Shown here piece by piece: positions 1 through 9,765 of a stretch of DNA of 64,000 nt. A program made the translations under genes and the position numbers. Position 1 is the first letter of the stretch. Each line of letters starts with the position of its first letter. The stretch comes from Phycisphaeraceae bacterium (lineage in GTDB: Bacteria; Planctomycetota; Phycisphaerae; Phycisphaerales; Phycisphaeraceae). Below the pieces are notes generated by a model that was given only the letters and a program-made list of their open reading frames with translations, was not told the origin of the DNA and did no database searches. The stretch covers positions 4,352,001 through 4,416,000 of the forward strand of contig OY771506.1 in the NCBI GenBank assembly GCA_963674705.1, written 5' to 3'.

Positions 1-21
1 AACGCCACCGGAGTTCCATGA

Positions 22-848
22 ATGACCCAGGCTCTGCACCCACAAGCGACGCTCGCCAAGCCCGAAGACCGCTTAGCCCTCCTTCATCGCGAGGCTGAGC
101 ACTTCAACGACCACTACGCCAAGGAAGCTGCACAGGGCATCCACCCCCTCAGCGACTTCGACAAGATCCGCTACACCAATCCCACCGCCCGGACCATCTT
201 CCCCCGCGAGTACTTCTACCACCTGCTCTCGCCACTGCAAGGCAAAAACACGCTCGAAATCGCCGCCGGCAACGGCATCGACGCCTGCCTCTGCGCACAC
301 AACGGCGCTCAGGTCCACGCATACACGACCTGTCCGAAAAGTCCATCGACATGGTCCGCCAGCGTGCCCAGGTCAACGGCCTGTCCGACCGCATCCATAC
401 CGAAGTCACCGGCGACTTCGCAAACGCCTTCAGGGGCCAGACCTTCGACGCGATCCTAGGCTACGCCGCACTCCACCACCTGCCCGACCTCGACGCCCTC
501 AGCAGGCAGGTCTACGACCGGCTCAACCCCGGCGGCGTTGCCGTCTTTGCAGAGCCGGTGGTGAACTCTAAAACCCTCGACAAAATCCGCAAAATGATCC
601 CTTACTCCATCCACGACATGACCGAGGATGAGGAGGTCATGAACGACAAGAGCATCGCCGAGTTCGCCCGCCCGTTCGACCGGATGGTACGCCGCGAGTT
701 CCAACTCACCAGCCGCCTCTGGCCCATCTTCCCCAACAACTGGCCCCTCGCCCTGACCCTGCACAAACTGGACGCAGGCCTGCTCAAACTGCCGTTGATG
801 AGAAGGTTCGCCACGGTCGTGGTGTTCGGGTTGTATAAGAAAAACTAG
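22..848 (+). pseudogene. Class I SAM-dependent methyltransferase split by a +2 frameshift (true pseudogene or sequencing error)
   Basis: ORF 22..459 has motif I (LEIAAGNG); ORF 351..848 has FDAILGYAALHH and LNPGG. Removing one AC from TACACGAC (322-329) gives continuous AYDLSEKSIDMVRQRA. Confidence 0.85.
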
Positions 849-963
849 AAATCGAGAAAACTGGAAATGGAGACATTGCGTCTCCGAACACCTCAGGCAC
901 ACAGACAATGTTTTACTTCCTGATTTCTAGTTTTCCAGCTTTCCAGCTTTCCAGCTTTCCAGC
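841..963. repeat. Periodic inverted-repeat element with (TTTCCAGC)x4
   Basis: AAAACTAGAAATC (841-853) is the reverse complement of GATTTCTAGTTTT (922-934); 8-mer tandem at 932-963. Confidence 0.75.
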
Positions 964-1011
964 GTCCCCCCATTGCCCCCTGATCCACCCGGGTTTACAA
1001 TACCCCACCCC

Positions 1012-1083
1012 GCCAGCATAGCTCAGCGGTAGAGCAGTTCTTTCGTAAAGAACAGGTCGTGAGTTCAAATCTCACTGCTGGCT
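1012..1083 (+). tRNA. tRNA-Thr(CGT)
   Basis: Acceptor stem GCCAGCA/TGCTGGC; anticodon arm GTTCT-TTCGTAA-AGAAC; T-loop TTCAAAT; CCA not encoded. Confidence 0.95.
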
Positions 1084-1088
1084 TTTGG

Positions 1089-1211
1089 GAAAAGCAGGAA
1101 AGCAGAAAATGGTAAAAACAGAAAATCAGGCATTCGTATAAGTACACGTCCAGTAGCCGGACGGCCGGCTCGAATTTTCTGCTTTCCAAATTTCCTGCTT
1201 TTCTGCTTTTT
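1089..1211. repeat. Periodic inverted-repeat element (GAAAAGCAGGAAAGCAGAAAA class)
   Basis: Left arm GAAAAGCAGGAAAGCAGAAAATGG, right arm TTTCCTGCTTTTCTGCTTTT; related copy at 20255-20380. Confidence 0.8.
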
Positions 1212-1217
1212 CAAGCA

Positions 1218-1290
1218 GCCACCGTAGCTCAATTGGCAGAGCAGCGGTTTTGTAAACCGCAGGTTGAAGGTTCAAGTCCTTTCGGTGGCT
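1218..1290 (+). tRNA. tRNA-Thr(TGT)
   Basis: Acceptor stem GCCACCG/CGGTGGC; anticodon arm GCGGT-TTTGTAA-ACCGC; T-loop TTCAAGT; CCA not encoded. Confidence 0.95.
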
Positions 1291-1465
1291 TTCCCCCTCA
1301 AATACGCATCAACATGCCCGATCACGGCTTAAAGCCCGGTCGCTGTCCCATTCATAACCCAGAATCCTGTTATTGATTTAAGCCCAGCCCCCAAAGCCCG
1401 GTTATAGCCCGCAGGGCTTTGGCCGGGGTCTCTCCGCTCTCACCCGACACCCGACGTCTCAAGAT

Positions 1466-1610
1466 ACCCGCCCCTTCGCTTCGCTCAGAGGGAGAGAAGC
1501 CATTAGCCATTAGCCATCAGCAACAAGCAATACCATCCCCACACCCTACACCCTACACCCTACACCCCACACCCCACACCCCACACCCCACACCCCACAC
1601 CCCACACCCC
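1466..1610. repeat. Composite repeat: CCCGCCCCTTCGCTTCGCTCAG + (TTAGCCA)n + (ACACCCY)x10
   Basis: Ten heptamers at 1541-1610; the same modules recur at 10783-10880 and 31953-32032. Confidence 0.85.
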
Positions 1611-1717
1611 AATTATATCGCAATAACCTCCCCCTCCCGGCCCCCTGCCATCCCCCGGTTTAAACCTCAAAATCTCACTTTTTTCAATTTTTTAAACCCA
1701 ATATTCACGCCAGCACC

Positions 1718-1745
1718 TTTACAGGTACGAATACTGTTATATAAT
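1718..1745 (+). promoter_or_regulatory. Sigma70-like promoter of pilin-like gene 1
   Basis: TTTACA-N16-TATAAT with GTTA before the -10; same spacing upstream of all four paralogs. Confidence 0.7.
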
Positions 1746-1962
1746 TTGGGTACGAGATTGCTTAGAATGTGATAGATTAATCCGCCGACCAACCATAGAA
1801 TTGAATGGTGGTTAATGCTGGTTTTCCGGATCCAGGCGGTTGGGCCGGACGGGGCAGGCAGTTCTTTCCCCGTCGAAAACGGGCCAACCCCGCACACCGC
1901 AGGGACGCACTCAGGCCCGGCTTCACGCCCCGCCAAGGCTAAACGAAACGAGGGAACAAAGC

Positions 1963-2850
1963 ATGCAACGCAAAATCTCCAAACCCAAACCCCACGGCTT
2001 CACGCTCATCGAATTGCTCGTGGTCATCTCCATCATCGCCCTGCTCGTCGGCATCCTCCTGCCGGCCCTCGGTGCGGCGAGGAAAGCGGCACGTTCATCG
2101 GTGTGCTTAAGTAACGAACGTCAGGTCGGCGTCGCGATAGGAGCTTATGCTTCGTCCAATAATGATCATATCCCTCTACTCCGTGGATTTGATATCCCGC
2201 TCTCAAGAGTCCCGGTTGGTGCGATTACCAACTACGGGGATGTTGATGCTCACTGGTACTGGACCAGCCGAATGGTGATTGATGGCTACGGCGCGGAACG
2301 GCAAATGTTCACCTGTCCATCATTCGATAGCGCTGAAGAAGCCACACTCGCGGACGGTACTCCCGTCACCATACGTGACGCCCCCCTGGATGACGCAGGC
2401 AATTATATCTGGCGTAACTCCGACTATGCCATCAATGTCGCAGCTTATGCCGCAAAACGTGCTGATCCTATTTTGATGGGTAATCAGGACAGGATTAAAA
2501 ATATGATGACATCGCTGCAAACCGCAGATATGTTGAATCCCAGTAATCACATCGGCGTGCTTGATTCATTCTTCATCGGCGCAGATCCGGAATCTCCCTT
2601 TGGATACAAAGCTAGCATCCCCCAACGTGGTGTTTTTGCACTGGCTGGTATCGTCACAACAATGCCTGGCGAACACCCGCACGCACGGCATGGTAGCAGC
2701 GCGATTAACATCCTCTGGGGTGACGGACACGCTTCAGCATTTACCGTCGAAGACAAGTATCGTCCCTACGACACACTCAATGGCTACAACACAGCCATGA
2801 CCCGACTCGATGATGAAAAAATCAATATGTGGGATACACGGACACGGTAA
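1963..2850 (+). CDS. Prepilin-type N-terminal cleavage/methylation, H-X9-DG (DUF1559-like) protein 1
   Basis: [26 protein letters not shown]-terminal [25 protein letters not shown] before ATG 1963. Confidence 0.93.
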   Translation: MQRKISKPKPHGFTLIELLVVISIIALLVGILLPALGAARKAARSSVCLSNERQVGVAIGAYASSNNDHIPLLRGFDIPLSRVPVGAITNYGDVDAHWYWTSRMVIDGYGAERQMFTCPSFDSAEEATLADGTPVTIRDAPLDDAGNYIWRNSDYAINVAAYAAKRADPILMGNQDRIKNMMTSLQTADMLNPSNHIGVLDSFFIGADPESPFGYKASIPQRGVFALAGIVTTMPGEHPHARHGSSAINILWGDGHASAFTVEDKYRPYDTLNGYNTAMTRLDDEKINMWDTRTR

Positions 2851-2881
2851 GTCGATCGCCCAATTTTCTGTTCTGCCACTC

Positions 2882-2911
2882 AAACACCGCCATACCCGGC
2901 GGTGTTTTTTT
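2882..2911 (+). terminator. Intrinsic terminator
   Basis: ACACCGCC-loop-GGCGGTGT followed by a T run. Confidence 0.85.
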
Positions 2912-2933
2912 GCCCATATTCATGAGAATAATC

Positions 2934-2961
2934 TTGCGAATATCGCCAGTTGTTATATAAT
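2934..2961 (+). promoter_or_regulatory. Sigma70-like promoter of pilin-like gene 2
   Basis: TTGCGA-N16-TATAAT. Confidence 0.7.
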
Positions 2962-3079
2962 TAAATTAGCTGCCCAAGACGTTGCCCCTGATTGGGTTTG
3001 AATCATGCCGTAGTCTTGATGTGGTCAACGAATTGCTGAAACGACCGAACTTCTCACAGGTAAGCCACAGGTAAACACC

Positions 3080-3943
3080 ATGCTTGATAACAACAACAAA
3101 ACATCAGGCTTCACACTCATCGAACTGCTGGTGGTCATCTCCATTATCGCTCTGCTCGTCGGCATCCTCTTGCCGGCGCTGGGTGCTGCACGTAAGGCTG
3201 CGCAGAACGTCCAATGCGCCAGCAATGAACGCCAGGTCGGCGTCGCCATCGCCGCCTACGCCACCGACAGCAACGACCTGGTCACCCCCTACCAGTCTTG
3301 GGACCGCAGCCACCCCATCCATCTGGAAGCAAATAAAAACCGCACCCAATGGACGGATACCGGGATGTTCATCGGCGACTATGTCTGGACCAGCATCATC
3401 GTCACCAAGGGGTATGGGGCCGAACGAGACATGTTCCGCTGCCCGTCATTCCCCGAGGCCGATGAAAACAGTGATGTCAGCATCCGCACCGCCGACCTCG
3501 ACGACCCCGGACAGCGAAACTGGTTCAACACGGATTACGGCATCAACGCCGCGTGCTACGGCATGCGGAAGGGCCAGGACCTGCCGGCCGGTACTCCCAA
3601 CAGGGACCGTGGCCAGCCCATCCGCCAGGCCGAGATGAGAAAGCCCTCTTCGCACATCGCCACGGTAGACGTGTTCGTCACTCAATACGACCCGATGAAT
3701 CCAATGTACACACCCGGCCCACAACGCGGCTACTTTGTCGTCACGGGAGTGAAACAGGGACCGAACGTGGGGATCAATCCCCACGCACGGCACTCAAGCT
3801 CCATCAACATCCTCTGGGGTGACGGCCACGTTGATCCCTACGCGATCAATGACATCTATAACCCCTACGATGAGATGGGCGAAAGAGATACCGACCCCAC
3901 TGTCGACGGCAAACCCAATCTCTGGAACACCATCGATTACTGA
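3080..3943 (+). CDS. Prepilin-type N-terminal, H-X9-DG protein 2
   Basis: [28 protein letters not shown]. Confidence 0.93.
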   Translation: MLDNNNKTSGFTLIELLVVISIIALLVGILLPALGAARKAAQNVQCASNERQVGVAIAAYATDSNDLVTPYQSWDRSHPIHLEANKNRTQWTDTGMFIGDYVWTSIIVTKGYGAERDMFRCPSFPEADENSDVSIRTADLDDPGQRNWFNTDYGINAACYGMRKGQDLPAGTPNRDRGQPIRQAEMRKPSSHIATVDVFVTQYDPMNPMYTPGPQRGYFVVTGVKQGPNVGINPHARHSSSINILWGDGHVDPYAINDIYNPYDEMGERDTDPTVDGKPNLWNTIDY

Positions 3944-3987
3944 TTTGCCCACACGGCCGGACCCAGTACATAAGCCCCGCTAACAAG

Positions 3988-4015
3988 ACACCGCCGCACC
4001 CGGCGGTGTTTTTTT
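3988..4015 (+). terminator. Intrinsic terminator
   Basis: ACACCGCCG-CACC-CGGCGGTGT plus T run; homologous to 2882-2911. Confidence 0.85.
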
Positions 4016-4038
4016 CTTCCTGTTTTGCCAGAATGGAC

Positions 4039-4066
4039 TTGTGATACGCCCCGACTGTTATATAAT
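4039..4066 (+). promoter_or_regulatory. Sigma70-like promoter of pilin-like gene 3
   Basis: TTGTGA-N16-TATAAT. Confidence 0.7.
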
Positions 4067-4197
4067 TAGCGCGATGATCTTATAGCTTGTGTTTCATGAC
4101 CGTCGTTCACGATGGCACGCAAGTAAATCACAGGGGGCCAGAGACTTCAGTTCGGCCGATTGCGGTCCAGTTCACGACACTACTTCGAGGGCCTGTC

Positions 4198-5085
4198 ATG
4201 TCATACAAAATCGCGAAAAGCAACGGCTTCACACTCATCGAACTGCTGGTGGTGATCTCCATCATCGCCTTGCTCGTCGGTATCCTCCTGCCGGCGCTCG
4301 GCGCGGCAAGGAAAGCGGCACGTTCATCCGTATGCCTGAGTAACGAACGGCAGATCGGGGTTGCCATCGGTGCCTATTCATCAACCAACAATGACTTTAT
4401 TCCGCTGTTCCGCGGCTTTAATATCCCATGGGAGAATGTGCCGGCTGCCTATATCCAAGGATATGGCAACACACCTGCCCATTGGTATTGGACCAGCCGA
4501 ATGGTGATTGATGGATACGGCGCTGAACGCCAGATGTATACCTGCCCGTCATTCGATAACGCCGAGGCGGCTACGAATGCTGCAGGTGACCCTGTAACCA
4601 TACGAGATGCACCGCTGGACGGCGATCATACCAACCCGGAATTCTACCTTTGGCGTAACTCAGATTACGCGATCAATGTATCTGCCTATGCGGCCAAACG
4701 AGGGGACCCGAATTACAATAGTTCAACGCTGAAGTCGAAAAATCTTTCTTTCAGTATTCAAACCGCTGACATGTTAAGGCCATCTGAACACATCGGTGTG
4801 TTAGATTCATTCTTCATCGCAGCCGATCCAAATTCGCCCTTTTACAACAGCAGCAAGAATATCCCCTATCGTGGAACCTTCGCGTTGGCTGGAATCGTCA
4901 CGACAGACCCCGGCGAACACCCGCACGCCCGTCATGGCAGCAGTGCCATCAACATCCTCTGGGGTGACGGCCACTGCAGCGCCTTTACCGTGGAAGACGA
5001 GTGGCGACCCTACGAAACCCTCGGCGACTGGGATACCGATCCGAAGGTCGACGGCATCCCCAACCGCTGGGATACACGCAACTGA
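4198..5085 (+). CDS. Prepilin-type N-terminal, H-X9-DG protein 3
   Basis: [25 protein letters not shown]; closest paralog of gene 1; RBS GAGGG before ATG 4198. Confidence 0.93.
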   Translation: MSYKIAKSNGFTLIELLVVISIIALLVGILLPALGAARKAARSSVCLSNERQIGVAIGAYSSTNNDFIPLFRGFNIPWENVPAAYIQGYGNTPAHWYWTSRMVIDGYGAERQMYTCPSFDNAEAATNAAGDPVTIRDAPLDGDHTNPEFYLWRNSDYAINVSAYAAKRGDPNYNSSTLKSKNLSFSIQTADMLRPSEHIGVLDSFFIAADPNSPFYNSSKNIPYRGTFALAGIVTTDPGEHPHARHGSSAINILWGDGHCSAFTVEDEWRPYETLGDWDTDPKVDGIPNRWDTRN

Positions 5086-5157
5086 TATCACTGGCCAGCA
5101 CCTCCATAATCAGATGTTAGTCCGGGCCCGCGGGTTCTACATAAACAAGAAGGCAAT

Positions 5158-5388
5158 TAGCCACAGATAAACACCGATAAACACGGATTAGAAAAAAAGC
5201 CTGTTTTCAATACATCGGATCAAGATGCTTGTTTTAAGCCTCTTGAACCATGATGAATCGGATGCGGCCCAATTATTCTTGTTTTCATACCCGTGGCGAA
5301 ATATGCTCCCAAATTCGCGTCCATTCGCATTCATTCGCGGCTAACCAACACGCCACAACCTTCGCGCTCTTAGCGCCTTCGCGGTTCA
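5158..5388. repeat. Cluster of periodic repeat arms (ACACGGAT, ACGCGAAT, CGCGAAG classes)
   Basis: 5285-5388 is a near-identical reverse complement of 12627-12730; GCCACAGATAAACACCGATAAACACGGAT at 5160-5188. Confidence 0.85.
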
Positions 5389-5541
5389 CTCCCGCCGGGC
5401 GTCCGTCTATAACCCGCAGGGCAAAGGCGGTTGCTACAGTAATTAGTGATGCAGGCCCGGGCCTGCGGGTTGTTCTTGAATCCGGCATTCACACAAACGT
5501 ATCAATAACTACCTGCGTTTTCTTGCTCCAATCACGCCCCG

Positions 5542-5569
5542 ACACTGCCATACACGGCGGTGTTTTTTT
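5542..5569 (+). terminator. Intrinsic terminator (third copy)
   Basis: ACACTGCC-ATACAC-GGCGGTGT plus T run. Confidence 0.8.
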
Positions 5570-5593
5570 ATCCACTTCTTACCCGAAATGGGG

Positions 5594-5621
5594 TTGTGTT
5601 CCCATGGCAAAGTTATAGAAT
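5594..5621 (+). promoter_or_regulatory. Sigma70-like promoter of pilin-like gene 4
   Basis: TTGTGT-N16-TAGAAT. Confidence 0.65.
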
Positions 5622-5771
5622 TAATTCAGTGAGATTATGGCTTGTGTTCGCGTGCATGGGTTCCGATGGCACGCAAGTAAATCAAAAGGGATTCGGGTTT
5701 CAGTTGGGTCGTGTCAATAATCAGTTCGCTTAGTTGAATTCCCATCTAAGGCATCACTTCAAGGACCTGTC

Positions 5772-6629
5772 ATGTCAACCAGGACAGTCAAAACAAACGG
5801 TTTTACGCTTATCGAATTGCTGGTGGTCATCTCCATCATCGCCCTGCTCGTCGGCATCCTCCTGCCGGCGCTGAGCGCAGCACGCGAATCGGCCCGCACC
5901 TCGGTCTGCTTAAGCAACGAACGCCAGGTCGGCATCGCCATCATGTCGTATGCGACGGACAACAAGGACTTTGTCGTACGTAACTCGTACAGCAGCACCG
6001 TCGTCAAGAACTTCTGGGCCAGCAGCACCGGTGTTGAATGGTACTGGACCAGCACACTTGCCATTCAGGGATATGGCGCCGAACGAAAAATGTACAAGTG
6101 CCCGAGTTTCGATACGGCGGAAAATGTCAGCGACTACACCATCCTGGTCGCAGACCTGGATGACCCGGCTGATAGCAGATGGCGTGATACCGACTACGGC
6201 ATCAACTGGTACTCCCTCGCCGGCCGAAACGCGTATGGCGATACGGATGAAGAAAGGTACTTCGGCACAAGCCGCCTGGATTGGGCGGAAGACCCGACCG
6301 GCACCCTGCTGACCTGTGATTCATGGTACGAGCAATTCAAAGAAGGAACGGCTCTGCATGATACACACCAGCGCGGCTGCCCCGTTGTCGGCGGCATTCC
6401 TACGAATACCGGCGGCCCACACGGAAGGCACGCCAGCCAGAAGTGCAACATCCTTTGGGCTGACGGCCACGTCGACGGCATGAACTTCCCCAACCTGACG
6501 TATAGCGATCGCGTCGACGGACCTTGGGGCCCCAACCAACTGGGCATCTTCAGTTCCACAGTTAGAAAACGTGTCGAAGCAGGCACGCTCAACATCAATG
6601 ATTATCCCAACGCGTGGGACCTTTGGTGA
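5772..6629 (+). CDS. Prepilin-type N-terminal, H-X9-DG protein 4
   Basis: [23 protein letters not shown]. Confidence 0.93.
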   Translation: MSTRTVKTNGFTLIELLVVISIIALLVGILLPALSAARESARTSVCLSNERQVGIAIMSYATDNKDFVVRNSYSSTVVKNFWASSTGVEWYWTSTLAIQGYGAERKMYKCPSFDTAENVSDYTILVADLDDPADSRWRDTDYGINWYSLAGRNAYGDTDEERYFGTSRLDWAEDPTGTLLTCDSWYEQFKEGTALHDTHQRGCPVVGGIPTNTGGPHGRHASQKCNILWADGHVDGMNFPNLTYSDRVDGPWGPNQLGIFSSTVRKRVEAGTLNINDYPNAWDLW

Positions 6630-6676
6630 TCCGCTGATCGACGATGCAATCAACCCGAGACCTGAAGCGCGAACTG

Positions 6677-6841
6677 TATAGCCGCGACCAGTGGTCGCGC
6701 CGCATCATCCAGCCATCAACACCCGACCAGCGCTAAACGGAACGTTAAACGGGGTCTGACCCCGTTTTGATTGTGGCCCCGTTTTGATTGTGTGACCCGT
6801 TTCGATTGCCGGTTAAGCGCGACCGATGGTCGCGGCTTTAC
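6677..6841. repeat. Inverted pair of REP-like hairpins (REPIN-like) enclosing CCCGTTTYGATTG repeats
   Basis: TATAG-CCGCGACC-AGT-GGTCGCG at 6677-6700; inverted copy at 6817-6841; GGGGTCTGACCCC and three CCCGTTTYGATTG between them. Confidence 0.7.
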
Positions 6842-7084
6842 ATTGGATTTTGCTTGCTTATGAGGTCGCGCACGGGGTCCGATGGTTATAGAAAAAGTGC
6901 CAGTTTGTGCGCGGCGGGTGTTTTCGTCGATGATCGTGCGCACTGCGATCAAACGCGACGGAGGCGTGCGCGCATCGGGTGGTGGATAAGTGACAGGTGC
7001 TGTGCGCCAAATTTGACAGCAGACCGGCCGTCAGCGCAGGGGCTTTTCACTCAAGCCTCACCCCTCAAGCCTTCTTCCCCCCAC

Positions 7085-8104
7085 TTATCGCCAGAAGCGC
7101 CACCACTGATTTTCCTTCTCGACCTCACGGATCAGGTAGTCCCACTGGAAGGCCGGGCCGGGATCGACCTTGGACTTGATGATGTGGTAGTGGCCGAGCA
7201 GGCCCTGATAGCTCTTAGCCATCTCATCATCGAGCACACCTTCGATCAGGTTGCCATCCTCATCGCGCGGATAATCGTTCTTGATCTTGGGGAAGACCTT
7301 TTCCAATGTAGCGGTGAGTTTGATGAGCGCTTTGTATTGTTCGGGCGTCAGGTCGTACTGGCAGATTTCGTTGCCGTTGATCGTGCCGCAGACAAGTTCC
7401 TGCGTCATCGGGCCTGACTTGAAGTTGGGCGTACGCACGCCGCCGTCGCCGCGCGACTCGGGGATCACCAGTTCGATGCTGCCGTCTTCGTTGGTTTTGT
7501 ACCAGTTTTGCAGGGTTTCCAGCTTGTCTTTGTTCCACGCGCCCATGTTGGCGATCTCGATACCGACCGACCGATCGTTGGCGGTGCCTGCGTGCCACGC
7601 GCGTTCCTTGAGGTCGAGCGTCTGGTAGATCGTGCCATCGATATCGAGCATGAAGTGGACGCTGAGCGTTCGGCGGTCGTGCAACACATCGAAGCACGTC
7701 TTGCTTGTGCCACAAACATCGTAGTGGATGACGAACTGATCGACGGTGTCCTGGAGCAGTTCCAGAGGCCAGCCGCCGTTCTTGATCTGCTGAACCACTT
7801 CGGGATCGAAGTGCTGGCCCTTGTACCGCAGGCTGTAGCGGTTGGGCGAATCGACATCGTCCTTGATCATATCCCACTGCGAGTCTTCATACGAGGGGAA
7901 GTGCTTCTCGACGCGATACGCATCGTAGCCGCCTTCATCCATCCAGGTCACGACCGGTGTGCCGGTGTGGAACAGTTGGCCGGCGACGATGATTTCATCG
8001 CCTTTGCGCTTGTTCAGTGCGCCGGGTGAGGTACAACCAACCAGGAAAATGCCCGCGACAGCCAGAACGAACAGGGTTGATAAACGCCGTGAGAGACTGG
8101 ACAT
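7085..8104 (-). CDS. N-acetylmuramoyl-L-alanine amidase (Amidase_2/AmpD-like) lipoprotein
   Basis: Lipobox LVGC; VIHYD, SVHF, AWHAG, SVGIE, LGHYH, KVDPG motifs. Confidence 0.88.
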   Translation of the reverse strand: MSSLSRRLSTLFVLAVAGIFLVGCTSPGALNKRKGDEIIVAGQLFHTGTPVVTWMDEGGYDAYRVEKHFPSYEDSQWDMIKDDVDSPNRYSLRYKGQHFDPEVVQQIKNGGWPLELLQDTVDQFVIHYDVCGTSKTCFDVLHDRRTLSVHFMLDIDGTIYQTLDLKERAWHAGTANDRSVGIEIANMGAWNKDKLETLQNWYKTNEDGSIELVIPESRGDGGVRTPNFKSGPMTQELVCGTINGNEICQYDLTPEQYKALIKLTATLEKVFPKIKNDYPRDEDGNLIEGVLDDEMAKSYQGLLGHYHIIKSKVDPGPAFQWDYLIREVEKENQWWRFWR

Positions 8105-8141
8105 AGGGCAGATCTCCGGGGTAAAAGGTATGAAGTTATTG

Positions 8142-9665
8142 CTATTCGGTATCACTTAAACATTGCGGTTGATTATTACGCAATAATGTGCGCATGGCAA
8201 GCCACAGTAGCAGTGCATAGACCGGCAGGTACTCGCCGACGGCGACGGGTATAGGCACGCGGTAGCCGGCGGGGTTGAGGTGGGCTGCGTAGGACGCGGC
8301 GATGGTCAGGCTGAAAACCCACATCGGCCAATTGAACCATATCGGCATCAGCGCCAGCGCCCAGAGCAGGTACCACGGGTGGACAGTGCTTGAGAGCAGC
8401 AACGATGCGAACAGGTAGATCCCGGCCGATCGCGCGGGATTGGTTTGCGAGGCTTTGCTGAACGTTGCGTAGATGAGCACAACGAACAACGCAAGCATGA
8501 GGATGATATCGAGCCAGGGCTTATCGATAATCGTGTGTTTGATGATCGGGTAGATGGAGCCGTTGAACGCCCAGGAGTCGGCGAAGGTTTTGCCGGTTTC
8601 GATGAGGCCGGCGAGACCGCCTTTCATGAACATGAACGGGAGGTAGAGCGCGAGGCCGGTGAGGAGGGTTGATGTGGTTGCGAGGATGACTTGCTTGGGT
8701 TGGTGTCGCAATGACCAGGCTAAGGGTAAGGCAAGCGGCAGGACGATGGGTTTGACAGCGATGGCGAGGGCGAAGGTGATGCCGGCAAGGATGGTGTAGA
8801 TGAGTCGGCGTTTGTTAGTGGTGGAAGTTCTTACTGGTTGCACAGGGTATTCGGCCCTCACCCCGGCCCTCTCCCAGGGGGAGAGGGAGTTAGTCTTGTG
8901 CACACGGTAGACACAGTGCAGTGCTATAGCGAGGAAGGCGATGCCGATGGGGTCTTGGTGGCCGGAGCCGGCGACTTCGCTGATGGCTAAGGGATGCCAG
9001 GCGTAGGCGATCGCCCACCACGGGCTGCGGCCGGCGTCGCGCAGCCATGTCAGTAGGATGCCGATGATCGCGATATCGAAAAGGACGAAACCGAGGCGGA
9101 AGACCTTGTCGTGGTCCGGGTCCCAACGCTGAATAAACTGCGGTGACCACGACCAGATGCGGTCCAAACCGGCAAAGACGTACTGGCTGGTTGGCTGGTA
9201 GATCGTGACAAGCGTCGGGTGATTGATGCGGTCGGCAATCTGCGGGACAGGCAATTCATCTGCGGGGATGTCCGCAGGGGCGGTCATGTACGGATTCGTG
9301 CCTTGTGCGAGCGTTGCGCCGTCGTGGATGTAGCGGTAGATGTCGTCGCTGAGGACGGGTTGTGTCGTCAACACGACAGCGATCCTGGCTATCAGTGCTA
9401 CACCGACGATGCACCCGACGGCCCTTGCAGCATTCGGTGCCCAGTTCTTGTTTCGATACTGCTGGAGTACCCAGGTTAGCGCGATACTGCATAGAAGAAA
9501 GTAAACCCAATACCAGAACAATCCCACCAAACGTTTCTCCGGTAACGGCCAATCCCATATCCTGCTTTGCTCGAACAAGAGCACAACACCAACCACTGTC
9601 GAAAAAAAAGAAAACAGTATCCAGTGTGATGCGCGGTGTTCGTTGATAAATGCTAAGAACTTCAA
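8142..9665 (-). CDS. Polytopic membrane glycosyltransferase (GT-C fold, GT87/DUF2029-like)
   Basis: LSDDIYRY, NPY, TIYQP, YAWHPL, GSGHQD, VHPWY motifs; many hydrophobic segments; start codon uncertain. Confidence 0.75.
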   Translation of the reverse strand: MKFLAFINEHRASHWILFSFFSTVVGVVLLFEQSRIWDWPLPEKRLVGLFWYWVYFLLCSIALTWVLQQYRNKNWAPNAARAVGCIVGVALIARIAVVLTTQPVLSDDIYRYIHDGATLAQGTNPYMTAPADIPADELPVPQIADRINHPTLVTIYQPTSQYVFAGLDRIWSWSPQFIQRWDPDHDKVFRLGFVLFDIAIIGILLTWLRDAGRSPWWAIAYAWHPLAISEVAGSGHQDPIGIAFLAIALHCVYRVHKTNSLSPWERAGVRAEYPVQPVRTSTTNKRRLIYTILAGITFALAIAVKPIVLPLALPLAWSLRHQPKQVILATTSTLLTGLALYLPFMFMKGGLAGLIETGKTFADSWAFNGSIYPIIKHTIIDKPWLDIILMLALFVVLIYATFSKASQTNPARSAGIYLFASLLLSSTVHPWYLLWALALMPIWFNWPMWVFSLTIAASYAAHLNPAGYRVPIPVAVGEYLPVYALLLWLAMRTLLRNNQPQCLSDTE

Positions 9666-9765
9666 GTGGGTAGCTCGATTACATGACTAACCGCTAGTTG
9701 GAGCATTTAATTCCGCCTTACGACGGATGTGGACAGCAAGCTGCCCCGCTAAACGGGCGTGATTT

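Noticed and set aside
1012..1290. Integrative element at tRNA-Thr
   Set aside because: No integrase and no duplicated tRNA 3' end found in the window.
1419..1772. 117-aa ORF with PHTPHPT repeats
   Set aside because: Translation of the ACACCCY heptamer tract; overlaps the promoter.
1880..1950. c-di-GMP-I riboswitch (GGGACGCA)
   Set aside because: The GCAAA/GAAA-loop P2 context and GCAAAGC continuation are missing.
4113..4128. Sigma54 promoter (TGGCACG), also at 5667
   Set aside because: The -12 TTGC is absent (TAAAT instead), and the motif lies downstream of a good sigma70 promoter.
1963..6629. Diversity-generating retroelement or shufflon acting on the pilin-like genes
   Set aside because: No reverse transcriptase or recombinase in the window, no template/variable pair differing only at adenines, and all cassettes are co-oriented with their own starts.
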